DNA from: Ranitomeya imitator
Taxonomy: Eukaryota
DNA: 64,000 nt
Direction: 5' to 3'
Assembly: GCF_032444005.1 (NCBI RefSeq)
Contig: NC_091287.1
Span: 82,026,001 to 82,090,000, forward strand
The stretch's first letter is position 1. The number at the start of each line of letters is the position of its first letter. The translations under genes and the position numbers were made by a program. Shown here piece by piece: positions 11,188 through 22,048 of this stretch. The notes below the pieces were generated by a model. It was not told the origin of the DNA and made no database searches. It saw only the letters and a program-made list of their open reading frames with translations.

Positions 11188-14100
11188 ATGGAGGCATACC
11201 GTCGTATGGGGATCGATGTCGGGCGTCTGATTGATCTGGTATGTCTGTGTGTCCGTCCCCATGCGACGATATGCCTCCATTGTGCTAAGTCGCCGTATGG
11301 GACTACTACTCCCATCCGGTATTAGGATGGGAGAGTTGTCCCTGTGTCCGGCGACTTAGCACAATAGTAAAGTTTACACCAAACACCAACACACAATACA
11401 CAAACATGACACACAGTACAGTACATACAACACATAACATAGAGTATATACTCACCAACACCACACTTGTAGGCGAAGCCCTCGATCCTCCATAAAAAAA
11501 TCCAAAAATAATAAACCAAATTCATACTCCCTGTCCGCAGAATCCATAACCGAGTGTCCCACGCCGATCTCCTGCTCTCCGGTGATACACTGCCAGGAGC
11601 GAAGCTCCTAGCAGTGTATCGCGTACTGTCCCAGAGCTCAATGGCGCCGGCTTCTCGGTTAACGGCAGTACAGCTGCGTTGAACTTTCCCACGCAGCACT
11701 GCCGTTAAGCGAGAGTGCCGGGGTCAATGACCGCCGGTAAACTCGCTCGCGCATGCGCAGTAACACACCGACAGGAACTATGGCTCCTGTCAGTGTGTTG
11801 CTGCAGCCGTGGAGAGCAGACACATCTCTGGATGTGTCTGTTCTCCATGGAAGATCTTCGTGGGACTCTCGATGGATTTCTGCGGACAGGGCCAGGGAGT
11901 ATGAATTTGTTTTTTTGTTTTGCCTTTTTTTCAGGTCGAGGGTCTTCAGGACGGATTAAGCGTAAAATAAAAAATGGTCAAAAAGTGTGTGTCTTTATTT
12001 CATTAAAATATTTTTTTCTAGTCTTTGTGGGTTTTTTTAACCCTTTCATTGGCTTAATAATGGATAGGCGTCTTATTGACGCCTCTCCATTATTAACCGG
12101 GCTTAATGCCACCTTACAATAGCAAGGTGGCATTAACCCCTCATTACCCCATATCCCACTGCTACACGGGAGTGGGAAGAGATGGGCTAAGTGCCGGAAT
12201 TGGCACATCTTTTTGATGCGCCTTTTCCGGGGTGGCTGCGGGCTTATATTTGTAGCCGGGGGGGGCAAATATCCATGGCCCCTTTCCTAGGCTATGAATA
12301 TAAGCCCACGGCTGTCTGCGTAGCCTTTCTGGCCTAAAAATATAGGGGGACCCCAACACTTTTTTTTTTTTGGGGCCCCCTATATTTCAGTGCCAGAAAG
12401 GCTACACAGACAGCTGTGGGCTTATATTCATGGCCTGGGAACAGCCAGGGGTATTTTAACCCCTTCCCGGGCCTCAAATATTGGCCCACGGCTGTCTGCC
12501 TAGCCTTTCTGGACTAAAAATATAGGGGGACCCCAACACTTTTTTTTTTCGGGGCCCCCTATATTTTAGTGCCAGAAAGGCTACGCAGACAGCTGTGGGT
12601 TAATATTCATAGCCTGGGAACAGCCATGGGTATTTTAACCCCTTCCCGGGCCTCAAATATTGGCCCACGGCTGTCTGCCTAGCCTTTCTGGCCTAAAAAT
12701 ATAGGGGGACCCCAACACTTTTTTTTTTTCGGGGCCCCCTATATTTTAGTGCCAGAAAGGCTACGCAGACAGCTGTGGGTTAATATTCATAGCCTGGGAA
12801 CAGCCGTGGGTATTTTAACCCCTTCCCAGGCCTCAAATATTGGCCCACGGCTGTCTGCCTAGCCTTTCTGGACTAAAAATATAGGGGGACCCTATGTATT
12901 TTTTTTAGGGGGTCCACATATATTATAGTAACCCTCAATAGGATTAATAATGGATAGGCGTCTTATTGACGCCTCTCCATTATTAACCGTGCTTAATGCC
13001 ACCTTACAATCGCAACCCTATCATTAACCCTAGGATCCCTTAGAGTTAGGGGTAGGGTTAGGGTTTGGATCCCTTTAGGGGTAGGGTTAGGGGTAGGGTT
13101 AGGATCCCTTTAGGGTTAGGGGTAGGGTTAGGGTTAGGATCCCTTTAGGGGTAGGGGTAGGGTTAGGGTTAGGATCCCTTTAGGGTTAGGGGTAGTGTTA
13201 GGATCCCTTTAGGGGTAGGGTTAGGGTTAGGATCCCTTTAGGGGTAGGGGTAGGGTTAGGGTTAGGATCCCTTTAGGGGTAGGGGTAGGGTTAGGGTTAG
13301 GATCCCTTTAGGGTTAGGGGTAGGGTTAGGATCCCTTTAGGGGTAGGGGTAGGGTTAGGGTTAGGATCCCTTTAGGGTTAGGGGTAGGGTTAGGATCCCT
13401 TTAGGGGTAGGGTTAGGGTTAGGATCCCTTTTAGGGGTAGGGGTAGGGTTAGGATCCCTTTAGGGTTAGGGGTAGGGTTAGGATCCCTTTAGGGTTAGGG
13501 TTAGGATCCCTTTAGGGGTAGGGTTAGGGTTAGGATCCCTTTAGGGTTAGGGGTAGTGTTAGGATCCCTTTAGGGGTAGGGTTAGGGTTAGGATCCCTTT
13601 AGGGGTAGGGTTAGGGTTAGGATCCCTTTAGGGGTAGGGTTAGGGTTAGGATCCCTTTAGGGGTAGGGGTAGGGTTAGGGTTAGGATCCCTTTAGGGTTA
13701 GGGGTAGGGTTAGGATCCCTTTAGGGGTAGGGTTAGGGTTAGGATCCCTTTAGGGGTAGGGGTAGGGTTAGGATCCCTTTAGGGTTAGGGGTAGGGTTAG
13801 GATCCCTTTAGGGGTAGGGTTAGGGTTAGGATCCCTTTAGGGGTAGGGTTAGGATCACTTTCCGGTTATGATCCCTTTAGGGGTAGGGTGCTTAGGGTTA
13901 TGAGCCCTAACCCTACCCTACTATTTCAGTTTATAGTGGGTTTTTTACTTAATGTTTTTGATTGGCGCACGCACCGCTCAGGATTGACGGCGCCAGAGCT
14001 AGTAGTAAAACAACTGCACACGAACGTTTTTATTGGTGTTTGTGTTTTCAGTTTGTGCTTGTGTTCATTTATTAGGGGTTACTTTTATATATTTCAAGCA

Positions 14101-15447
14101 TTTGTGTAACATTACTTGGTCGTGCTATAGATTATGAGATGACACTATTGTATTTATTGTAGGTTCGTGATTATCTGGCCTTGTGGGACCCATCCGATGA
14201 GTCCTATAAGGACAAGTACTTCAGGGAGCTAGCCTGGACAAAAATAGTGCGCGACCTGATCCCGGATTGGGATAAATATCCTGGGACTACACAGCAGAAA
14301 ATCGGTAATTTTAATTAAATTTATTTAGTAAACCTTGAGTATATTACAAATATAATTTGTTGAGATCTCTTAAAAATTGTTGTTGTTTTTTGTAAACTTT
14401 TTTTGGTAGATAAAGATGTGAGGCAACGTTGGCGCTCCATCAGAGACCGTTTTACTAAATTCCTCAATGAATGCTCAAGGAGTGGCTCTTCGCCAAGCAA
14501 AACTAAATTCCCGTTTAGTGAAGAGCTGCAGTTTCTTGTGACCAGCAGGACATTGAGAAAGTAAGTTAAAATCCACTCCACAAGATTTTTTATATATAAT
14601 ATGGTGTGCGAAAAATTAATGTTTTTTTTTTCCCCAACAGGACGGAAGAAAACATTTCGGTAGCTGATTTGGAGGACAGCGACACAGAAGATGGAGCAGG
14701 CAGTTCCTCTGGAGTGGGAGGGACCATCTCGCCCTCCACTCCCACAGCTTCTGCTGAATCAGCATCCACTTCAGCAGCTGCTGCATCAACATCTACTTCA
14801 GCAGCTGCTGAAGCATCTGATTCCGCAGAAGCTGTGAGAGTGGAGAAGAGAGCTGTCTATCCGGTGGCAGCAGAGAAAAAAAAAAAAAAACCAAGAAGAA
14901 CCAAGATGACCAAACTGTCCAAATTGCTTGTGACACATTAGATTTATTAAAAAAAACAAGTACCGATGACCATTGCGACTCCTTTGCACAAACTGTCGCC
15001 AGAAAAACACGCTCCCTGCCACCGGATAGACAATCTCTTTTCATGTCTATGGTGCAGATGTCCCTCACTGCTCTGGAGGACCCTGCTCCGATTTCTCCCT
15101 ACAATGAAGTTCTGATGGGGGTGTTGGGACTTTTCAGGCCCCGACACAGAACACCTGAAACAGCTACAAGACCCCAGTATTTGGCCCACAGCCAAGGAAG
15201 TTCTGGAGACAGAGGCAGTTCACAGCATCTGGGGGAGCACCGTATCAATCTGAGGGAACAAATTTCCTCTATTCTCCCGAATATACATTTCTTAATTGAA
15301 CGTGGGCAAAAGTTTTCAGTTGCACTAAGTTGTGCTTTTGTTTGCAGCTACAGTTGCCATTTTGGATTTGAAAGGGGCTGTTTATTTTTTTGTTTTTTCA
15401 AATTGAAAAATCTTTTGGTAAAATTACCAAGAATTTGTGTTCTTTAA
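11188..15447 (+). CDS. Harbinger MADF (Myb/SANT-like) DNA-binding protein with BESS-like motif; exons 11188-11238, 14163-14304, 14410-14560, 14641-~15447; frameshift in A15 run at 14876-14890
   Basis: GT-AG introns with matching phases (0, 1, 2). The spliced product reads MEAYRRMGIDVGRLIDL|VRDYLALWDPSDESYKDK..AW..|DKDVRQRWRSIRDRF (MADF). After the A-run, the shifted frame gives DDHCDSFAQTVARKTRSLPPDRQSLF (BESS-like). The true 3' end is uncertain. Confidence 0.82.
12270..12900. repeat. Tandem array of ~180-bp internally palindromic units
   Basis: GGGGGACCC recurs near 12345, 12525, 12705 and 12885. Each unit has ~50-bp inverted arms around a CAACAC-Tn loop. Confidence 0.88.
13030..13900 (+). 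repeat. Telomere-like satellite: TTAGGG/GTAGGG hexamers punctuated by TTAGGATCCCT
   Basis: Directly visible. About 27 GGATCC sites by hand count, spaced mostly 23-41 bp apart. Confidence 0.95.
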
Positions 15448-15803
15448 AATAAATTTTATTTCACACAAAAAATTCTCTTTTTTAGACAATGGGGACAAGG
15501 CCGCTTTCCTGGGTTTATGGGCTATCGATTAGTGGTTTATGGGTTTATGTGTTAACAATTGTATACCTCATACTGCTGTTAATTTCTGAAAACACCAACC
15601 ATTTTTTTGACATAAAAAAAAAAAAACAAATTCAACCAAAATAGATTTTTTATTTATATTACAACCAATTTTTTTAAACTTTTTTTGGTAACATGAAAAA
15701 AAAACTTTTTTAAAAAATTTTTTGTGTTGGTTGCTGTCGTTTATCATTCTTCGGGATGTTTTCAAAACTGTTAGCAGCGATGTCGGCAACTTTTTTGGGG
15801 GGG

Positions 15804-18128
15804 TCAGTGTAGATGCATCCTTCTCTGCTGGTCAGGCTGCTCAACACCAGCACAGGAGTATTGCCAGTGCACGGCACCTTCTGGACTCATAAAGTAGTCA
15901 GTGAAGGATTCTCTCACACGCACACCCGAGTTGGACGGCCTGCCCAGACCCCCGTTGACCACTGGATTAAATACTGGCTGCTGGTACTCCACATCAACGT
16001 CAGTGTTGTACTCACGAGCATAGTTGTGGAGTACACAGCAAGCCTTTATCACAGCATCAACGGTGTCTGTGTCCAACTGAATGGCAGTGTGAAAGATCCT
16101 CCACTGACTAGTCATGATCCCAAAGGTGCATTCCACATATCTGCGTGCACGACTCAGCTGATAATTAAAAATCCTCCGTCGGGCATCCAGTCCCCTTCGT
16201 GGATATGGGCGCAGCAGGGTTGTCGTTAAGGGAAATGCCTCATCCGATACCATCACAAAGGGCACTGGATGTGTGGAACCCGGCAAAGGTCTTGGGGCTG
16301 GGAGCGTGCCGCCATCTCGAAGAATTTGCATCCCAATCTGTGACGTTCGCAACACCCGAGAATCCCCAGTACTACCATAGGCACCAACGTCAATGGCAAC
16401 AAATTTGTAATGGGCATCAGCCACCGCCATCAGGACCACTGAAAAATAATTCTTATAATTAAAGAAGCGTGATCCTGATCGTGGTGGCTGCTGAACCCTT
16501 ACATGTTTACCATCGACTGCACCTATGCAGTTTGGGAAATTGGCCACAGACTGAAAGCCTGCTGCAACCTGCAGCCAAGTCTCCTCGGTTGGGGAAGGCA
16601 TCACCATGGGCTGCAACTTCTGCCATATGACGGTACATGTACACCTCACAATGTTAGAGATGGTAGATTTACCAACTCTAAATTGGAGGTGCAGGGATGT
16701 ATAGCTCTCTCCTGTGGCCAAAAATCTGGAAAGAAACAAAAAAGAAAATTAGAAATGTCACACAAAAAGGTAATTACAACATGTCACAAGTTAAGGCCGC
16801 TATAATATGCGTCCAGCACCATTCAATAATGATGGTATTAAAACCCAGCACAACACAAAGGGTGTAAAAAACATTAATAAAAGGCCTGATGGGACTTGTG
16901 CACACACGCATGCGAGATATGACCAAGTGTTGCATGGTAATCCCCGGACCTGCTGCATGCACTCCGTTGTGGAGCGTGCGGCTCCATGTATTGGTATGTG
17001 GGTGCACACTCCGCTCCAGAGTGCAGGTGGCAGGGCCGGGGATTACCATGCAACACTCGGCCGTATCTCACGTGTGTGTGTGGATGTGTGCCCCCTGTCC
17101 AACAAGAGGACTGGGTGGGTTTAATCACACATACTGGACACAGAGACACAAGTAAAATAGAGACCTAACAACATTCCCCCCCAAAAATTGTTACTTACCG
17201 CAAGGTGATGAGCAGCCTTTCCTCTGCAGAGATGGACTTCCTCATCACTGTGTCTTGCAGTGTTAAATGGGGTGCCAGGATGGTGAGCTGTCTGTCAAAT
17301 GCCATAATTGGTAGCCGACAAAAAGAGATACATTTTTCAGGATATCTGAAAATTGAAAAAGAAACACAAAAAAGGGTTACTTCACAAGTATTGTTATCAA
17401 AAATAGGTAAATTCGTCATTCAATATATTTCTACTTACCTCCTCAAATCATTGTACAGCACATAAAAGTGCCCCTTCTCAGTTCGGTCTGCTACAAGCGG
17501 GTGCACCCACATTCGTTTCTGCGCACGTCTTCTCTGCCGCCGCTGCCTCTAAAATAAAAAAATAAAAAAATATTTTGTAAACACAACAATTAGAAAAATA
17601 TATCAAACATGCCTGGAAAACAATGCGGATTATGTAAGGGTACGTGTCCACATTCAGGAAGGCCCACCCCCTTCTGGGACGTTATGATGCCAGATGTGTT
17701 CATTGTACAAATCCAGCATCATCGCACCCCACACATAGGGCCCTGTTTTATTCCTTGCGGAGCCGCAGTTTCACAACAAGGAACACGGACATGCTGTGAT
17801 CATAAAAGACGCGCAGCATGTCCGGAGTCGCAGGGCTCACGGATGACACAAAGTGGACACGTGATTTCATGAAATCACCTCCACTATGCTGTTACATGTG
17901 GACGCTGCATGTTTGGCGCTGCGGCCACACGCAGCGCCAAACATACAGCGTTTCCAGAACGTGGACATGTACCCATAACCCAATATATAAAACAAACAGA
18001 CATCTGCTTACCTGACGTGCATGTCGATTCAGAATTAGAAGCATCAACCCCAGGATCGCAATCCGGTGTGGCGTGCGGAGCTGGATCCGTGGGCTGTCAT
18101 CTGGCCGACGCTCAGCACGTCCACTCAT
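15804..18128 (-). CDS. Harbinger (HARBI1-like, DDE_Tnp_4) transposase, ~431 aa; exons 18128-18012, 17548-17439, 17345-17199, 16725-15804
   Basis: GT-AG introns with consistent phases give 1296 nt of open frame. Motifs: RMWVHP, LRRYPEK, ISAEERLLITLRFLATG, GAVDGKH (D), SDEAF (D), VECTFG (E). Confidence 0.9.
17638..17974. mobile_element. MITE-like inverted-repeat element in transposase intron 1
   Basis: TIRs GGGTACGTGTCCAC / GTGGACATGTACCC (13/14), with TAA-like flanks. Confidence 0.6.
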
Positions 18129-18461
18129 TTTGATGTGTAAGTTCCAAAATGGAGGATGGAAGAAGAAAAGGGTTGGACAAGGAAATGACATCATTTTTTT
18201 TTTTTTTCCCCCACTGCAGTAAGCTTTATTTGTGTCAAACACAGACAATCTGCAGAGAAAACTGCATCAAAAAACGCACTAAAAACCGCATCAAAAAACG
18301 CATCAAAAAACGCACCAAAAACGCACCAAAAACGCACCAAAAAACGCACCTGCGTTTTCTGCAAAGACCTGCGGTTTCAGTCCTGAAAAAAAAAGGATGG
18401 AAATCAGGAACGTGTGAAGGCTTACCTTGCTAGGAAATTTAAACAGATCTCACAATTTTAA

Positions 18462-18783
18462 AGAAGCACTCCCATCAAAGTTTGTATGCTCTTAATATAT
18501 TGCAATATTCATTTTATACAGCACTGTGTACTAACAATTGCCCATTGTTCCCATTTACCCAGCTAATTCTTCTGTTTTCCAATAGATTTATGGCATCATG
18601 TGATTAAGAACTGACTAGCTGAATCCTTCTAAGTTCTATGTAGAATCAGGAGGTCAATTTTCCCTGCATGAGTGAAAAGTCACTGCAAAAGTCCCTGGCG
18701 TGGGGGAGGTTCAGAGCAGCTGGGTCAGGAGTTGAAAAGAAGAATGAATTTTGCAGAGAAAAGAGACTTCCTGTTTCTACATA
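18462..18783. mobile_element. Truncated TTAA-flanked MITE (Kolobok/T2-type), copy A
   Basis: TTAA followed by AGAAGCACTCCCATCAAAG left end shared with the other copies; right end missing. Confidence 0.65.
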
Positions 18784-18938
18784 GATTTAGAAAGAACATC
18801 TATAGAGACACAAATAGACTGTTCAGCATTTGCAGACCCTCCACATTGAGACATTCCGCCGTGTGAAAGCACTGAGCAATGGAACCCTATCTGTTATTAC
18901 ATTGCTATGATTTAGATACATATTTTAGAGCAACTTAA

Positions 18939-19508
18939 AGAAGCACTCCCATCAACATTCTTAACTCTTGATATATTGCAGTAATCATATTATATAGCAC
19001 TGTGCACTTACACTTTCTTACTTTGCTTTTCTACCCAGTTAATTCTTCTCTTTTCCATTAGGTTGATAACATTACATGATTAAAGACAGACTACCTGAAT
19101 CCTTCTAAGCTCTATGTAGAAACAGGAGATCGATTTTCCCTGCATGACTGATAAGTCACTGCAAAAGTCCCAGGTGTGGGGGAGGATCAGAGCAGCTGGG
19201 TCAGGAGTTGAAGAGGGGGATGATTTTTGCAGAGAAAAGAGACTTCCTGTTTCTATATTGATTTATAAAGACTATTAGGTCACAGCATAAGTCTATGGCA
19301 AGGGGGAAGGGTGGAGCAGCTGGGTCAGGAGTTGAACAGGGGAATAATTTTTGCAGGGACAAGAAACTTCTTGTTTCTACATAGAGCAGAGAAAAGACAA
19401 CAATTAGCTGGGTAAAAGGGCAAAATGAGCAATTGTAAGTACACAGTGCTATAAAATATGACGACTGCAATATATTAACAGGGTAAAAACTTTGATAGGA
19501 GTGCTTTT
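18939..19508. mobile_element. TTAA-flanked MITE (Kolobok/T2-type), copy B
   Basis: TTAA-AGAAGCACTCCCATCAA ... TTGATAGGAGTGCTTTT-TTAA. Confidence 0.75.
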
Positions 19509-19627
19509 TTAATGTTACTTATAGCGACCAATGTCACTTTGACTTCAAGTTACAGCTTTCTAGCAGTGACAATTTGTAGGAAACAGTGATCTGAGACACT
19601 AGCTACACTGTGCTGATGACTAATTAA

Positions 19628-20033
19628 AGGAAATATGTCAGAAGGTTTTTGCTATGTAATCTGCGACAGCATTAGGTAGGATTAAAGCAAAAAAGTCAAT
19701 GATGTGCCACTTATCAAGCTGTGTGCTGTTGTTTACTTACAGTGAAGGATTTTATCACTATCATTGCCATGTCTGATGTGCACAGGACTGCTAGTCTGAC
19801 TCCGCCTCTTCCTGTGCTAAGTAGCTTACTGTCAATAGACAATGTACATAGAGAGCCTGGTATGGGTGAGGTTAGCTTTCTCAGCTCTGCCCGCATTCTA
19901 CATCTAAAAACTCTAATTGTGCCAGAGCCGCTGAACCCAGTAAACTAAATGATACATCGTTAGATTCAGGGTCTCTTTGGCCACATCATGCTGCTTTCAG
20001 ATGAGGAAGCAAAAACCCGTTGACAGATTCCCT
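19628..20033. mobile_element. TTAA-flanked MITE of a second family
   Basis: TTAA-AGGAAATATGTCA ... TGACAGATTCCCT-TTAA (TIR 11/13). Confidence 0.65.
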
Positions 20034-20894
20034 TTAATCATGCATCTGCCCGCTTTAATCTCAGTACAGGAGCAGCAAGGTCATTCATCTCAATGTATGT
20101 ACACACGTAGACTGTGGGTCAATGAATCCCCTCTCTGGATGTGAATACATATTTAGAAAGGTGATCACCTAATTTTCCCGATTCACTTTTATTTGTAGAT
20201 CTAGACGTATGAAACATAAATGAAATCTTTCTGCTATATTACTAGAGATTAATCATCCCGTGGCAATCTCAGTGCATGAACCCAGGAGCTGTTTCCCTTT
20301 GTAGATCACTCTCGTCTGGATATTTTCTGAGTGGAGTGGAACAAACATTCTACCAGTTTCTAAGAACCATTTTTTCATTAGCGAGATTTTACGAGATACT
20401 GCATCTAGACGATGTGGTTTACATGTTCTGAGTAGCTGAGCAAATTTATGAGCGTAATTTAAAATGAGAAGTATCCCGCTATACAGAGGGAGTTTTCTGC
20501 AGTAGCCGGGTGAATTATGATGTGTCATGGTATGATGGCAAATGCAGCTGTCTGAGCAATATTAACAAAAAGAAAACATCAAATAACAATTTAAACCAAC
20601 ATAACATATTATGGAGCAGGAATATTTTCTTTAACATTAATCAAGGAAAAGGCAAAAGCTGCACAGACTTCCCATCCATTAACCATCAGGAAATATTTCT
20701 TCTGTCCACTAAACATCTTGCAAGGCAAAATCTCAAAGTAAAGTGCAATATGCTTACAAATCTGTTTTTCTCAGGAATGTTGAGGCTCGGTCCACACTGC
20801 AGTAAAATATTTGATAGTTTTAACCAATTTTTAAAAAGAAAGAGCTTTTTAACATGGCCCTCCCATCCTAAGTGGTTACGAAGGGAAGCTGCGG

Positions 20895-21692
20895 TGTTAT
20901 GATGCGGTGGTCTAGGAGCAACATGGAACGAGCTCTGAAGGAAGTGGTAACTGTACTGACCGCAGTCCCTAAGCTCAACACAACACTAGAAGTAGCTGTG
21001 GAATGCTCCTAACTCTCCCTAGGCATCTCGTCACAGCCTAAGAGCTAACTACCCCTAAAGACAGAAGCAGGAAAACTATCTTGCCTCAGAGAAAATACCC
21101 AAAGGATAGATTAGCCCCCCACAAATAATGACTGTGAGTGGAGAGGAAAAAGACATACACAGAATGAAACCAGGATGAGCACAGGAGGCCAGTCTAGCTT
21201 GATAGATAGGACAGGATGGAATACTGTGCGGTCAGTATAAAACACTACAAAAATCCACGCAGAGTTTACAAAAAAATCTCCACACCTGACTAAAGGTGTG
21301 GAGGGTAAATCTGCTTCCCAGAGCTTCCAGCAAGACAGAATTAATTCATACTGATAACGCTGGACAAACATAGAAAGCACTGAACGGATAAGTCCACAAT
21401 CTGTGAACAGAAAAGCGCAAGCAAAAACTTAGCTTTGCTGAACTGGTCAGGATAACAGGGAAATCCAAAGAGATGTGAATCCAACCAGGAACCATTTACA
21501 AGTGGCACTGGCTGAAGGAACAGCCAGGCCTAAATAGCCGAGCAGAAGAGACAATAAGTGGAGGCAGCTGATGACAGCTAACTCCAAGGAGCAGCCATAC
21601 CACTTAAAACCACAAAAGGGAACCCAAGAGCAGAACTCACAAAAGTGCCACTTACAACCACCGGAGGGAGCCCAAGAGCGGAATTCACAACA
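20895..21692 (-). mobile_element. Solo Gypsy LTR, related to the LTRs at 28063 and 33076
   Basis: TG...CA termini. The reverse complement starts TGTTGTGAATTC and shares many blocks with the full element's LTR. Flanked by CTGCGG direct repeats. Confidence 0.88.
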
Positions 21693-22048
21693 CTGCGGCC
21701 AGCCACACATTTTAGGGCTAAATGTAAGCTGGAAATTCAAATGAGATACCTACCATGTTTCTGTGGGACTGTTCACGCGACCGTGCTTTTTTTGCAGACC
21801 AAGTGTCCACTAAAGGAAATCTGGACATTTTCATTTTTGATCCAACTCTCAGATCAAACTAGTCAATACGTCTGTGTCAAAAACGTATATACTACTTGGA
21901 TACCATCCATGTGTCATCTGAGTACTTTCCATAGAAGATATTGGGATTTTTTCTTTTTTTTTCAAGCATGAAAACTAAATGCCACATTAGTGGTGAAAAT
22001 GGATGCACAAACCAAAAAAGGATATAAATCAAGTGTATACTGTACATA

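Larger units (their letters stand above)
10785..18422. mobile_element. PIF/Harbinger DNA transposon carrying both genes, convergently oriented
   Basis: Left end TTA/AGGCCATGTTCACAC. Right end GTGTGAAGGCTTA is the inverted match with about 4 nt missing. Subterminal CCGCAG-type repeats occur at both ends. Encodes a HARBI1-type transposase and a MADF protein. Confidence 0.85.

Noticed and set aside
13030-13900. True telomere or chromosome-fusion scar
   Set aside because: It sits inside a transposon intron with consistent splice phases on both sides, and the repeats are variant and punctuated rather than pure head-to-head TTAGGG.
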